From Bacteroidota bacterium (GTDB lineage: Bacteria > Bacteroidota > Rhodothermia > Rhodothermales > JAHQVL01), in NCBI GenBank assembly GCA_039111535.1, contig JBCCIM010000007.1, positions 7,165-71,164 of the forward strand: DNA of 64,000 nucleotides, in the 5' to 3' direction. Every line of letters starts with the position of its first letter. Within the stretch, counting starts at the first letter, position 1. Position numbers and translations under genes: made by a program. Below are positions 18,839-27,769 of this stretch, one piece after another. The notes under the pieces were generated by a model that did no database searches, was not told the origin of the DNA, and saw nothing but the letters and a program-made list of their open reading frames with translations.

Positions 18839-19654
18839 CTAGCTGCGGGTTTTGTGGTGGGTTGTCTGTTGTGTATCAGTCAATGGCGCTTGTTCAGGAT
18901 CTAATGACAGGCGTGTGGTGGACGCTTGTGTTACTTCTGCTTCTGTTGTTGGCGGCACCGTTTCGAGGCTCGCGGCATCAACCCCGGCCAACAAGTTTTC
19001 CAGTACGTGGTCAATGCGGGCCTCTTTATCAGCAACCCAATTCGGGAATTTGACGGCTCCGTACCCTAATCCGGCCAGGCCGGCAATGGCAAACATAGAG
19101 ACAACCAGGGTCTTCGCCATATCGACGAGGAAATCGCCTTTGCTAGCCAGTACCAGCATAAAAAAGATGCCCATCACCGTCATCACGCCTCCCATGATTA
19201 ACGCGCCTCGAAAGGTGTCTTTGGAGAGCTTCAAACGCAGGCGGTAGCCTTCTTCTCGGGGTTCGGCAACCATTTGGCCGATTTCGCTTTCCCAGATGCG
19301 GGTATTGCCAGCTGTATGTGTACGTCCCAATACATCCAATTCATCGTGCAAGGAAGAGACCAACCTGTTCCAGTGCTCCTCCCCAAAAGAAGCGGGGACA
19401 TCAATGGTTCTTGTAAACCCAACGGGAAATCCAGCCAAACGGTCAATCTTTGCAGCGGGAGGCGCATGGCTGAGTTGTTGCACAGCGCCGGCTATAAAAT
19501 TGGGGGAAATGCCGGCTTCTTGCCCGATTGCAGTCAATTCTTCTAGCGTCAGCCCGCCACCAGGCGAAAGGGCACGCAATGCGTTGTCCTGTCGCTTTGC
19601 CGCAAGTCGGAAAATCTCGGCAACCTCTTTTTCGTCAAAGGTGCGTCCTGCCAT
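18839..19654 (-). CDS. Hypothetical membrane protein (soluble N-domain + 2 TM helices)
   Basis: 271-aa ORF with two hydrophobic helices near residues 150-205. No family recognised. Confidence 0.5.
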   Translation of the reverse strand: MAGRTFDEKEVAEIFRLAAKRQDNALRALSPGGGLTLEELTAIGQEAGISPNFIAGAVQQLSHAPPAAKIDRLAGFPVGFTRTIDVPASFGEEHWNRLVSSLHDELDVLGRTHTAGNTRIWESEIGQMVAEPREEGYRLRLKLSKDTFRGALIMGGVMTVMGIFFMLVLASKGDFLVDMAKTLVVSMFAIAGLAGLGYGAVKFPNWVADKEARIDHVLENLLAGVDAASLETVPPTTEAEVTQASTTRLSLDPEQAPLTDTQQTTHHKTRS

Positions 19655-19837
19655 GAAGTGTCTGCCGTTTGGTTATTAGATACGATTACTCCTCTACGGA
19701 CGTGAAACCAATCCGTTGCATCGCTTCCTCCTGGGAATCTGGCTATTGCTTGTTTGCTACGCCACACGGGTAGATTCCCTAATCAGGCGCGGCATAGGAG
19801 ATGGAAGGCCTATGTGTGCTAATTTTCTGTCCCTAAA

Positions 19838-21265
19838 TTATTCCTGGCAAACATCCTGAAGTGTGGTAATTTCGCCTTGCTCCTTTACAACAAAATCCAG
19901 CGTTTGCTCAAAGTGCGCGCCCCATCCGGGGAAATCCATTTCATCCCACAGCATGTTGTGCCATAGCCCCACGCAAACACCACCGTGTTTTTTACAAGTA
20001 AGGATTAGCGTTTGGGCAGCTGCGAGGGCTTCTTCGAAGCCCATATTGCGGTAGTTGAACAGGGTCCCATCCATAAAACAAAGGGGCACTTCCCACACTG
20101 TAGTAGATTTGTTTTTGAGGATGTCGTAGCGAAGAAAGGGGTGGCACGTGCCGTGGCGGAAGCCTTCGTGGTCAGAGAAGCCAAGGGTTGAGTCGACGGT
20201 AAAGCCGGCAGCCTCCTGCAGCCGCATCGTGTGTGGATAGGTGTACCGCAAATAGTGCTGCCGCACAGAGACCAGCGGCTGAGATGTGATGTCAGCAAGG
20301 GCCGCTTTCTCCTCCTGCATATAGTCTGGATGCGTGTGGGCGTAATAGCTTGGATGCAACCCTACTTCAAAGCCGAGTTGCGCCAGTCGCTTCAGTGTGC
20401 GGCGTAAGTACCCATTTGAAGGCGCATAATAGACATCATGCGGGCCGTGGGCGCCAGTCTTGAAAAAGTAGGTAGCTTTTCCTCCCCGCTTGTGCACTTC
20501 ATCGATCATACGATCCAGGGACTGCCGAAAGATGTCTCCAGGTTTTAGCGCATCAGCTATAAAGGCACCCAGTCGCTTCACACGGGCCCCTACCCCAACA
20601 TGCCGGCGGTTGAGTAGCCCATACTCTACGACCTCTCTATACACCATACCAGGCCGCCATTTCCAGATATAGTCAATGTCGTGGGTAGGACAAAATGCCC
20701 AGGTCTTGCCGGCCCAGGTCCGTTCACGCACGGGTATGCCATGCTGCAAGAGTTGCCGGCGCAACACCGCTCGGTAGCAATCTACCACCGGCGTATATAC
20801 CGTATCCAGGACAGCTTGCATCGAATCGGCCCACGAAAATCTACCGTGACGGTCTCTGTTTTGAATCGTATATTCCTGCCACCCGGACAACCAGAAAAAT
20901 GCCGAGGCCACGTAATCAAATGTGTCAGGTTCTGGACCACCAAACAATACGGGAAACCGTTCATCTGCAGCTTCTTGCCAGTGCACACCTGAGGTATCGT
21001 AGCGTGTTTTTGTTTCGAAATACTGCGGTGTTGCTGGCGCAAGGGGCAATTGCAGCACTGCGGGGGCAAGTCCAGCCGGCTCGTTTCCATAGTAAATCCC
21101 CCCTTCCGCAATGGATGCACGTGCACACCAAACAGGATTGATGCCCAGCGGGATAAGCAACATTTGGAGCGCATATTGCGCCTTGGGCACAAAATCGGCC
21201 GGCCCTTCTACACAGCAGGGCACGTCTGCGCTAGTTTCCTTCACAATGTCCGCTGATCCATTCAT
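19838..21265 (-). CDS. Polysaccharide deacetylase-like (CE4/NodB-like metal site) protein with unknown N-terminal domain
   Basis: THDIDY and GLHPSYYAH resemble NodB-type motifs 1 and 2. The ORF extends to 21316, but the ATG at 21265 leaves a more plausible divergent promoter gap. Confidence 0.5.
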   Translation of the reverse strand: MNGSADIVKETSADVPCCVEGPADFVPKAQYALQMLLIPLGINPVWCARASIAEGGIYYGNEPAGLAPAVLQLPLAPATPQYFETKTRYDTSGVHWQEAADERFPVLFGGPEPDTFDYVASAFFWLSGWQEYTIQNRDRHGRFSWADSMQAVLDTVYTPVVDCYRAVLRRQLLQHGIPVRERTWAGKTWAFCPTHDIDYIWKWRPGMVYREVVEYGLLNRRHVGVGARVKRLGAFIADALKPGDIFRQSLDRMIDEVHKRGGKATYFFKTGAHGPHDVYYAPSNGYLRRTLKRLAQLGFEVGLHPSYYAHTHPDYMQEEKAALADITSQPLVSVRQHYLRYTYPHTMRLQEAAGFTVDSTLGFSDHEGFRHGTCHPFLRYDILKNKSTTVWEVPLCFMDGTLFNYRNMGFEEALAAAQTLILTCKKHGGVCVGLWHNMLWDEMDFPGWGAHFEQTLDFVVKEQGEITTLQDVCQE

Positions 21266-21344
21266 CTCAATAATGCTGCATTTCAACGTTCCGTAGATAG
21301 GTACAACACACAACACGCAAGATGCAACCGGTTACCCCAAGAAT

Positions 21345-22667
21345 ATGATGAAACCCAGATTCAAGATTTTTGCCGACCCCGTGCACGGGTTTGTGTCCGT
21401 GCCCCGGCAATTGCTGCTGCCACTCATCCATACTCCGGAAGTCCAGCGTTTGCGACGTATCCGCCAACTGGGTGTAGGTAACCTGGTGTATCCCGGCGCA
21501 GAACATACCCGGTTTGGCCACGCGCTAGGTGCAATGGCGCTTATGCAAGATGCACTCAACGTCCTGTCGGAAAAAGGAACGCCGATCTCGCAGGAAGAAC
21601 ATACAGCGGCGCTTGCTGCAGCACTGTTGCACGATGTTGGACATGGCCCCTTTTCTCATACACTGGAGCACGTGCTCATTGAAGACTTTCACCACGAAAG
21701 TATGAGCCGCGTGTTGATTGAACTACTCAACAATCGCTTTCCCGGGCAGCTCGACCTTGTGCTCCAGATGTTCGACAACACGTATGAGCGACCGTTCTTC
21801 CATCAATTGATTTCGAGTCAACTGGACATGGACCGGCTCGATTACCTCCGCCGCGACTCCTTCCACACCGGCGTTGCCGAGGGGGAAGTAGGTGTCCCGC
21901 GTATCATTAAAACGTTGCGCGTACATCCGCTTGAAGGCGGGCCAGGCGCCGGCATTGCCGTTGAGCCCAAAGGGATTTACGCCGTTGAGAACTTCCTTTT
22001 TGCACGCCGGCTGATGTACTGGCAGGTGTATCTGCACAAAACGGTCGTCGCTGGCGACCGCTTGCTTTATGGGATCATCCGACGCGCGAGAGACCTCATC
22101 CGGCAAGGCGTCTCACAAGTTGAAGCCTTGTGTTCTCCCCCGCTGTTTTTCTTCCTCAGTAACGAGGTAAAAGGAAGCGAAATCGAACACCCCACCGTAA
22201 TGCAGGCCTATTGCGACCTCGATGACACCGATATCATCTACAGCCTCAAACAATGGATGCAATGCAAGGACCCGATGCTGGAAGACCTGTGCCGGCGGTT
22301 TATCTACCGCTCCTTCCTGCGGGTAACCTACCTCGATACCGCCCCCACAGCTGCAGATATTGCAACATGGGAAGCGCGGGTTGCCCGCTGGCTCCAGCAA
22401 CGCTTCAGTCTGTCTGAGACTGAGGCTGAAGCTGCTGTACCGTATTACATGAGCCACGGGGAAGTCAAACACGTATCATACCGTGCAGATCGCGATCCTA
22501 TTGATGTGATAGGCCCGAACAATGAAGTGCATGAACTGAGCCTGGTAACGGACAATGCTGCCGTATCAGCCCTCACTCAACTTGTTCAAAAACCGTTTGT
22601 TTGTTACCCCAAAGCCACCAACCTGAGCTTCGAAGGCCTGATGGTGCAGCACACCCCGGAGGCATGA
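21345..22667 (+). CDS. HD-domain phosphohydrolase (SAMHD1/dGTPase-like, COG1078-type)
   Basis: HTRFGHALG, LLHDVGHGPFSH and DRLDYLRRD motifs. Confidence 0.8.
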   Translation: MMKPRFKIFADPVHGFVSVPRQLLLPLIHTPEVQRLRRIRQLGVGNLVYPGAEHTRFGHALGAMALMQDALNVLSEKGTPISQEEHTAALAAALLHDVGHGPFSHTLEHVLIEDFHHESMSRVLIELLNNRFPGQLDLVLQMFDNTYERPFFHQLISSQLDMDRLDYLRRDSFHTGVAEGEVGVPRIIKTLRVHPLEGGPGAGIAVEPKGIYAVENFLFARRLMYWQVYLHKTVVAGDRLLYGIIRRARDLIRQGVSQVEALCSPPLFFFLSNEVKGSEIEHPTVMQAYCDLDDTDIIYSLKQWMQCKDPMLEDLCRRFIYRSFLRVTYLDTAPTAADIATWEARVARWLQQRFSLSETEAEAAVPYYMSHGEVKHVSYRADRDPIDVIGPNNEVHELSLVTDNAAVSALTQLVQKPFVCYPKATNLSFEGLMVQHTPEA

Positions 22668-23689
22668 AAACCGCAATAACCTTTAGCACAGATCACGAAG
22701 GGCACAGCCAAGCCGGACACGTGGAACGGCCGGAACGCCTGCACACCATTGTCGACTTACTTAACCGGGATGGTATCCTGGAAAAACTCGTGCACATCGA
22801 TGCCCCCCTGGCTGAAGCAGCAGATGTGACGCTTGTGCACCCCTACGGGTATTTTGATCGGGTCGAAGCAGCCGTTGAAGCCGGCGGTACCCAGCTCGAC
22901 CCAGATACGTATGCAACACCGCACAGCCTGCGTGTTGCGCTGCAAGCCCTCGGCGGCCTGCTTGCCATTACTGATGCCGTTGTTACCGGTGAGGTCACAA
23001 ATGGCTTTGCAGCAGTGCGCCCGCCCGGGCACCATGCCCGCCCCGATGAAGCCATGGGGTTTTGCCTGTTTGCCAATGTCGCCATTGCCGCGCGCAAAGC
23101 ATTGCAAGATCCAAACATCAACAAAGTCCTGATCATCGACTTCGACGTACACCACGGCAATGGGACGCAGGAGATTTTCTACGATGATCCGGATGTGATG
23201 TACATGAGTACGCACCAGGCACCACTGTATCCCGGCACGGGCGCCTTGCAAGAAACCGGGACTGGCGCCGGCGAGGGCACAACCGTCAACATTCCACTGC
23301 CGGCATACACAGGGGATGCTGACTTCCTGCACGCATTTCGCACGATGCTTACACCCAAAGCCCTTGCGTTTAACCCTGACCTGATTTTCATTTCAGCCGG
23401 CTATGATGCCCACTGGATGGATCTTGTCGGCGGGCTCAACCTTACCGTAATCGGGTTTGCTGAAATTGTACGGGAAATCCTGCAATGGGCTGACACCTGT
23501 TGTGACAGTAAAGTTGTGGCGCTACTCGAAGGAGGTTACAACGCAGACGCACTCGCCCACTGCGTGTTGACAACGTTACAGCTCCTCCAGGATCCTAATG
23601 CCAATCCAAGTGACCCTTTTGGATCTGCCAACCGCCCCAATGCTGACCTGTCCGGGTATATGGAAAAGCTGATTGCATTCCATTCCTGA
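22664..23689 (+). CDS. Histone deacetylase / acetoin-utilisation (AcuC/Aph) family deacetylase
   Basis: RPPGHHA, DFDVHHGNGTQ and LEGGY motifs. The ATG at 22664 overlaps the HD gene stop (ATGA). Confidence 0.85.
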   Translation: MKTAITFSTDHEGHSQAGHVERPERLHTIVDLLNRDGILEKLVHIDAPLAEAADVTLVHPYGYFDRVEAAVEAGGTQLDPDTYATPHSLRVALQALGGLLAITDAVVTGEVTNGFAAVRPPGHHARPDEAMGFCLFANVAIAARKALQDPNINKVLIIDFDVHHGNGTQEIFYDDPDVMYMSTHQAPLYPGTGALQETGTGAGEGTTVNIPLPAYTGDADFLHAFRTMLTPKALAFNPDLIFISAGYDAHWMDLVGGLNLTVIGFAEIVREILQWADTCCDSKVVALLEGGYNADALAHCVLTTLQLLQDPNANPSDPFGSANRPNADLSGYMEKLIAFHS

Positions 23690-23831
23690 GTTTATCTCCT
23701 CCCCCCTATTCCCGTTTTTCTTACCAAATTCCTTCGCCAGCCTGTGTTTTGTTTTACCGGGTTTGAGTATCCTTCTATGCATTAAAAGACACGCTTTTAC
23801 AGACACGCATAGCTTTAACATAGAGGATCTT

Positions 23832-25196
23832 ATGAAAACCATCATTGAGCCCTTCCGCATCAAGTCGGTCGAGCCCATCAGGATGACAAGCCGTGAAGAG
23901 CGGCAGGACTATATCAAGGCAGCCAACTACAACCTGTTCACGCTCCACTCAGACAATGTCCTGATTGATTTGCTGACAGACTCTGGGACCTCAGCCATGA
24001 GTGCAAGCCAGTGGTCGGGCGTGATGCGTGGGGACGAAAGCTACGCCGGCTCCCCCTCATACCACCGCTTCGAAAGCGCAATTCACAACCTGATGCCGTT
24101 CAAACACATCATCCCCACCCACCAGGGCCGGGCGGCAGAGCGCATCCTGTTTTCTATAATTGGGAAAGCCGGCATCAAAATCCCCAGTAACACACACTTC
24201 GATACCACGCGCGCCAACGTGGAAGCAAGTGGCGCACTTGCGGCGGACCTCGTGATTGAGGAAGGATTAAACCCTGCGCTCGAGCATCCCTTCAAGGGCA
24301 ATATCGACCTCGAAAAACTGGACCGTTTCCTCACAACGCACAAAGGCCATGTGCCGCTTGTGATGATTACTGTTACCAACAATTCCGGAGGCGGACAGCC
24401 TGTGTCGATGGAGAATATACGCGGTGCTCGTGCCGTGTGTGATCGGCACAACCTGCCCTTGTTTCTGGATGCCTGCCGGTTTGCCGAGAACGCTTACCTG
24501 ATCAAGCTAAGGGAGCCGGGCTATGGCGATAAATCAGTCCCTGAAATTGTACGTGAAATGTTTTCGTTTGCAGATGGCATGACCATGAGCGCAAAGAAAG
24601 ACGCACTGGTAAACATTGGCGGCTGGCTGGCGCTCAATGACGACCGCTGGGCCATGGAAGCGAGAAATCAGCTTATCCTGACCGAAGGCTTTCCTACATA
24701 CGGTGGGCTGGCCGGCCGTGACCTGGAAGCCATAGCCATCGGACTCGAAGAAATTGTCGACGAAGATTACCTCGCCTACCGGCTTGCGTCTGTGCAATAC
24801 CTCGGGAATGCCCTTACCCAAATGGGTGTACCAATTATTCGGCCTGTGGGAGGCCATGCAGTCTATATTGATGCAGCGAGCATGCTCCCACATATCCCCG
24901 CATTGTCCTATCCGGGGCAGGCCCTGGCCGTTGCGCTGTATGAAGTTGGCGGCATTCGGAGTTGTGAAATCGGATCTGTTATGTTTGGCCGGCAGCCAGA
25001 TGGATCTGAAAAAGCAGCCAGTATGGAGTTGGTTCGCCTGGCCATTCCGCGGCGCGTCTACACACAGAGCCACGTTGACTACGTCATTGAGTGTTTTGAA
25101 GAAGTAAACGCAAATAAAAACAGCCTGCCAGGCTATCAGATCGTCGACGAACCGCCGGCACTCAGGCACTTTACCGCAGCATTTGAACCCAAATAA
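23832..25196 (+). CDS. Beta-eliminating lyase, tryptophanase / tyrosine phenol-lyase family (PLP)
   Basis: MKTIIEPFRIKSVEPI..., IDLLTDSGTSAMS, PTHQGRAAE, SAKKDALVNIGG (PLP Lys), TIPRRVYT. The sequence alone does not separate TnaA from TPL. The ORF opens at 23673, but the ATG at 23832 matches the family N-terminus. Confidence 0.9.
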   Translation: MKTIIEPFRIKSVEPIRMTSREERQDYIKAANYNLFTLHSDNVLIDLLTDSGTSAMSASQWSGVMRGDESYAGSPSYHRFESAIHNLMPFKHIIPTHQGRAAERILFSIIGKAGIKIPSNTHFDTTRANVEASGALAADLVIEEGLNPALEHPFKGNIDLEKLDRFLTTHKGHVPLVMITVTNNSGGGQPVSMENIRGARAVCDRHNLPLFLDACRFAENAYLIKLREPGYGDKSVPEIVREMFSFADGMTMSAKKDALVNIGGWLALNDDRWAMEARNQLILTEGFPTYGGLAGRDLEAIAIGLEEIVDEDYLAYRLASVQYLGNALTQMGVPIIRPVGGHAVYIDAASMLPHIPALSYPGQALAVALYEVGGIRSCEIGSVMFGRQPDGSEKAASMELVRLAIPRRVYTQSHVDYVIECFEEVNANKNSLPGYQIVDEPPALRHFTAAFEPK

Positions 25197-25210
25197 ACCA
25201 GAAAGTAAAG

Positions 25211-26671
25211 ATGAAACGCACCCCGCTTTTTATCCTCCTCGCGTTGCTTCTCTTCAGTTGCACACCGGCTGAAGAAGAACCATATAACGTCGTGTTTATC
25301 CTCATTGATGATATGGGATGGACCGACACAGCTGCTTTTGGCAGTACTTTCTACCAAACCCCGCACCTCGACAGGCTTGCCAGTGAAAGCATGCGGTTTA
25401 CCAGCGGGTATGCCGCATGCCCGGTCTGTTCGCCTACCCGTGCGAGTATTCTCACGGGCAAATACCCGGCACGCCTTAAGCAAACCGACTGGATTCCGGG
25501 CAGGAATAACAGGGCAGACCAAAAGCTAAAACAGGTGGAAGACCTCGATTATCTCGCCCTTGAGCACCACACCCTGGCGGATATTCTGCAGGAATCAGGA
25601 TATGCTACAGCACATATAGGTAAATGGCACCTGGGCGCCGGCGACGAATTCCTCCCGGAGAACCGCGGTTTTGCGCGCAACATCGCCGGCAATCAGTATG
25701 GTTCTCCCCCTTCATATTTCTACCCCTACAGCCGCAAACTCTGGCGCGATACCTCTCAAGTCTACCAGTTAACAGACCTCGTTGAAGAGGGTTTTGAAGG
25801 AGAATACCTCACAGACCGTCTCGGACAGGAAGCTGCAAAATATATTGAAGCGAAAAAAGATGAGCCTTTTTTCCTGCACTTCTCGCAATATGCAGTACAC
25901 ACACCGCTGCAATCCCGCCCCCATCTCGAGGCAAAGTACAAAGCGAGGCAAAAGCCAATAGCCGACAGTTCTGACTTTGGCTACGAAGGTAAACGGCCTG
26001 TTCGTACGATGCAAAACCATGCTGTGTACGCAGGAATGGTTGAAAGTATGGATGCAAGTGTTGGCATGGTGATGCGTGCCATCGAAGATGCCGGCATCAG
26101 TGACCGGACAATAGTAGTCTTTTTCTCCGACAACGGTGGCTTGTCGACCTCAGAAGGCTGGCCAACGTCCAACTTGCCCTTGCGTACGGGCAAAGGTTGG
26201 CTATATGAAGGAGGAATCCGCGTGCCGATGTTGATCAAATGGCCGGGCGTAACGGACGTCGATCAACTATGCGACGTCCCGGTATCGAGTGTAGATTTTC
26301 TCCCAACCATCCTAGATATGCTGCAACTGTCTGATAAAATACCGGCAGAAGTTGATGGAGAGAGCCTGACACCCCTCCTTAAAGAAGCCGGCGAACCCGC
26401 CAGGGCTGCCATCTACTGGCATTATCCGCATTACTCCAATCAAGGCGGTAAACCCGGTGGCGCTATAAGAGAAGGGGCCTACAAGCTGATTGCCAATTAC
26501 GAAGACCAATCAGTCGAGTTGTATAACCTCGACGATGACCTTGGTGAGCAAAACAATTTGGCGGATGCGATGCCGGAGAAAGCTGCGGAGCTCCAGCAAA
26601 AACTAGATGCATGGTTGGCCGGCATTGATGCCCAAATGCCAGTTCAAAATCCTGACTATGCTGGTGAATAA
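25211..26671 (+). CDS. Cys-type sulfatase (arylsulfatase family)
   Basis: FILIDDMGW, CPVCSPTRASILTG (CxPxR formylglycine motif), GKWHLG. Confidence 0.9.
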   Translation: MKRTPLFILLALLLFSCTPAEEEPYNVVFILIDDMGWTDTAAFGSTFYQTPHLDRLASESMRFTSGYAACPVCSPTRASILTGKYPARLKQTDWIPGRNNRADQKLKQVEDLDYLALEHHTLADILQESGYATAHIGKWHLGAGDEFLPENRGFARNIAGNQYGSPPSYFYPYSRKLWRDTSQVYQLTDLVEEGFEGEYLTDRLGQEAAKYIEAKKDEPFFLHFSQYAVHTPLQSRPHLEAKYKARQKPIADSSDFGYEGKRPVRTMQNHAVYAGMVESMDASVGMVMRAIEDAGISDRTIVVFFSDNGGLSTSEGWPTSNLPLRTGKGWLYEGGIRVPMLIKWPGVTDVDQLCDVPVSSVDFLPTILDMLQLSDKIPAEVDGESLTPLLKEAGEPARAAIYWHYPHYSNQGGKPGGAIREGAYKLIANYEDQSVELYNLDDDLGEQNNLADAMPEKAAELQQKLDAWLAGIDAQMPVQNPDYAGE

Positions 26672-26873
26672 CGGTGTGAGATAACGGCTCATACAGGTAT
26701 ATCTTGTCCGCGTCGTGCCGTGAGGTTTACGATAGGTATACTGAAGGAGTAGCATTGTTAACCCGGAGGAGAATTCTTGGGTTGCTTGTCGTAAATCCGT
26801 AACAATCACGCTTTATGTTTCATAGATGCTACCATCCTAAAACAAATCGTTATCACTTTATCAACACAGTTGC

Positions 26874-27464
26874 ATGAAAACCCTTTTTCATAAATCTAAA
26901 ACCCTCGCCCTCTTCCTTGGTCTGTTTATCATTGCTGTCGGCTGCGACAGCAACGACAATGAAGATGCTGCGGCATCATTTGATCAGATGGGCGAGATGA
27001 TGCAGAAGTCCTTTAACGTCTTTGGCGCAGTCGCTGTTGATGTACTGCTAAGCCCCGTATCCGAAACGCAGCCGGCAAAGTCGCAGCCTGTCTATGACTG
27101 CGATGCGTCAGGCACCGTTACATATGACGCGAGTGGGACGAACCTGTACAATCTGATTTTCGATGATTGCGATGGCCTGAGCGGCGATGTCGACATGGGG
27201 CTTACAACCAATTTCACCGAAACAGGATTTGACTTCAGTCTTTCTCTGGATGGCAACCTGACTGAAGCATGCGAAATGTCGTTAAATAACTTCTCAATGG
27301 TTGTTGCGGCAACAGAAAGCGGTGAAGACCAGATTGTCCTAAACGGCTCCATTGGTTCAACCTGTAACGGGGAAGCCTTCTCTTGTACCTTTACACAAGA
27401 TGCGCTTAATGAAGGCAATGAAGACACCCTCTTCAATGACAACTGCTCCGGATCTGTAGGTTAA
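26874..27464 (+). CDS. Hypothetical lipoprotein
   Basis: 196-aa ORF with lipobox IIAVGCDS. Acidic, with several Cys. No family recognised. Confidence 0.5.
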   Translation: MKTLFHKSKTLALFLGLFIIAVGCDSNDNEDAAASFDQMGEMMQKSFNVFGAVAVDVLLSPVSETQPAKSQPVYDCDASGTVTYDASGTNLYNLIFDDCDGLSGDVDMGLTTNFTETGFDFSLSLDGNLTEACEMSLNNFSMVVAATESGEDQIVLNGSIGSTCNGEAFSCTFTQDALNEGNEDTLFNDNCSGSVG

Positions 27465-27499
27465 TTGCTATTCCGTTAGGCAGGATCGAGTAGATCCAC

Positions 27500-27532
27500 A
27501 AAGGCGCTTCCGAAAGGGAGGCGCCTTTTTTG
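27500..27532 (+). terminator. Rho-independent terminator
   Basis: AAGGCGCTTCC gaaa GGGAGGCGCCTT followed by TTTTTG. Confidence 0.7.
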
Positions 27533-27769
27533 TATTGAGAAAATACCATGTACGTGTCAGAAGGGCCCTTCAATTTTTTTTGTAGCAAACGCGTCGCTTT
27601 ACCTTCGCAGAACAACCCAAACGTAAGGAATTGCTTAATACCTGATATCATATCTGCGTGCCATTTTGCGATCTGGTTATCCTCCCATTAGAACTGGATG
27701 CGCAAGTCTGTGCATTTCCCGCACTGAAGATTCTTACCCAGCAAACGGTCATCTCAAAGAATCAGCGAT

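Noticed and set aside
22601-23831. N-terminal extensions in the ORF track for the HDAC (22601), the lyase (23673), and similarly for 9699-11753, 12076, 37546, 39112, 49533, 51770, 52468 and 56048.
   Set aside because: Internal ATGs give family-typical N-termini or signal peptides, and in three cases ATGA stop/start coupling. The upstream extensions overlap neighbouring genes or lack protein-like sequence.
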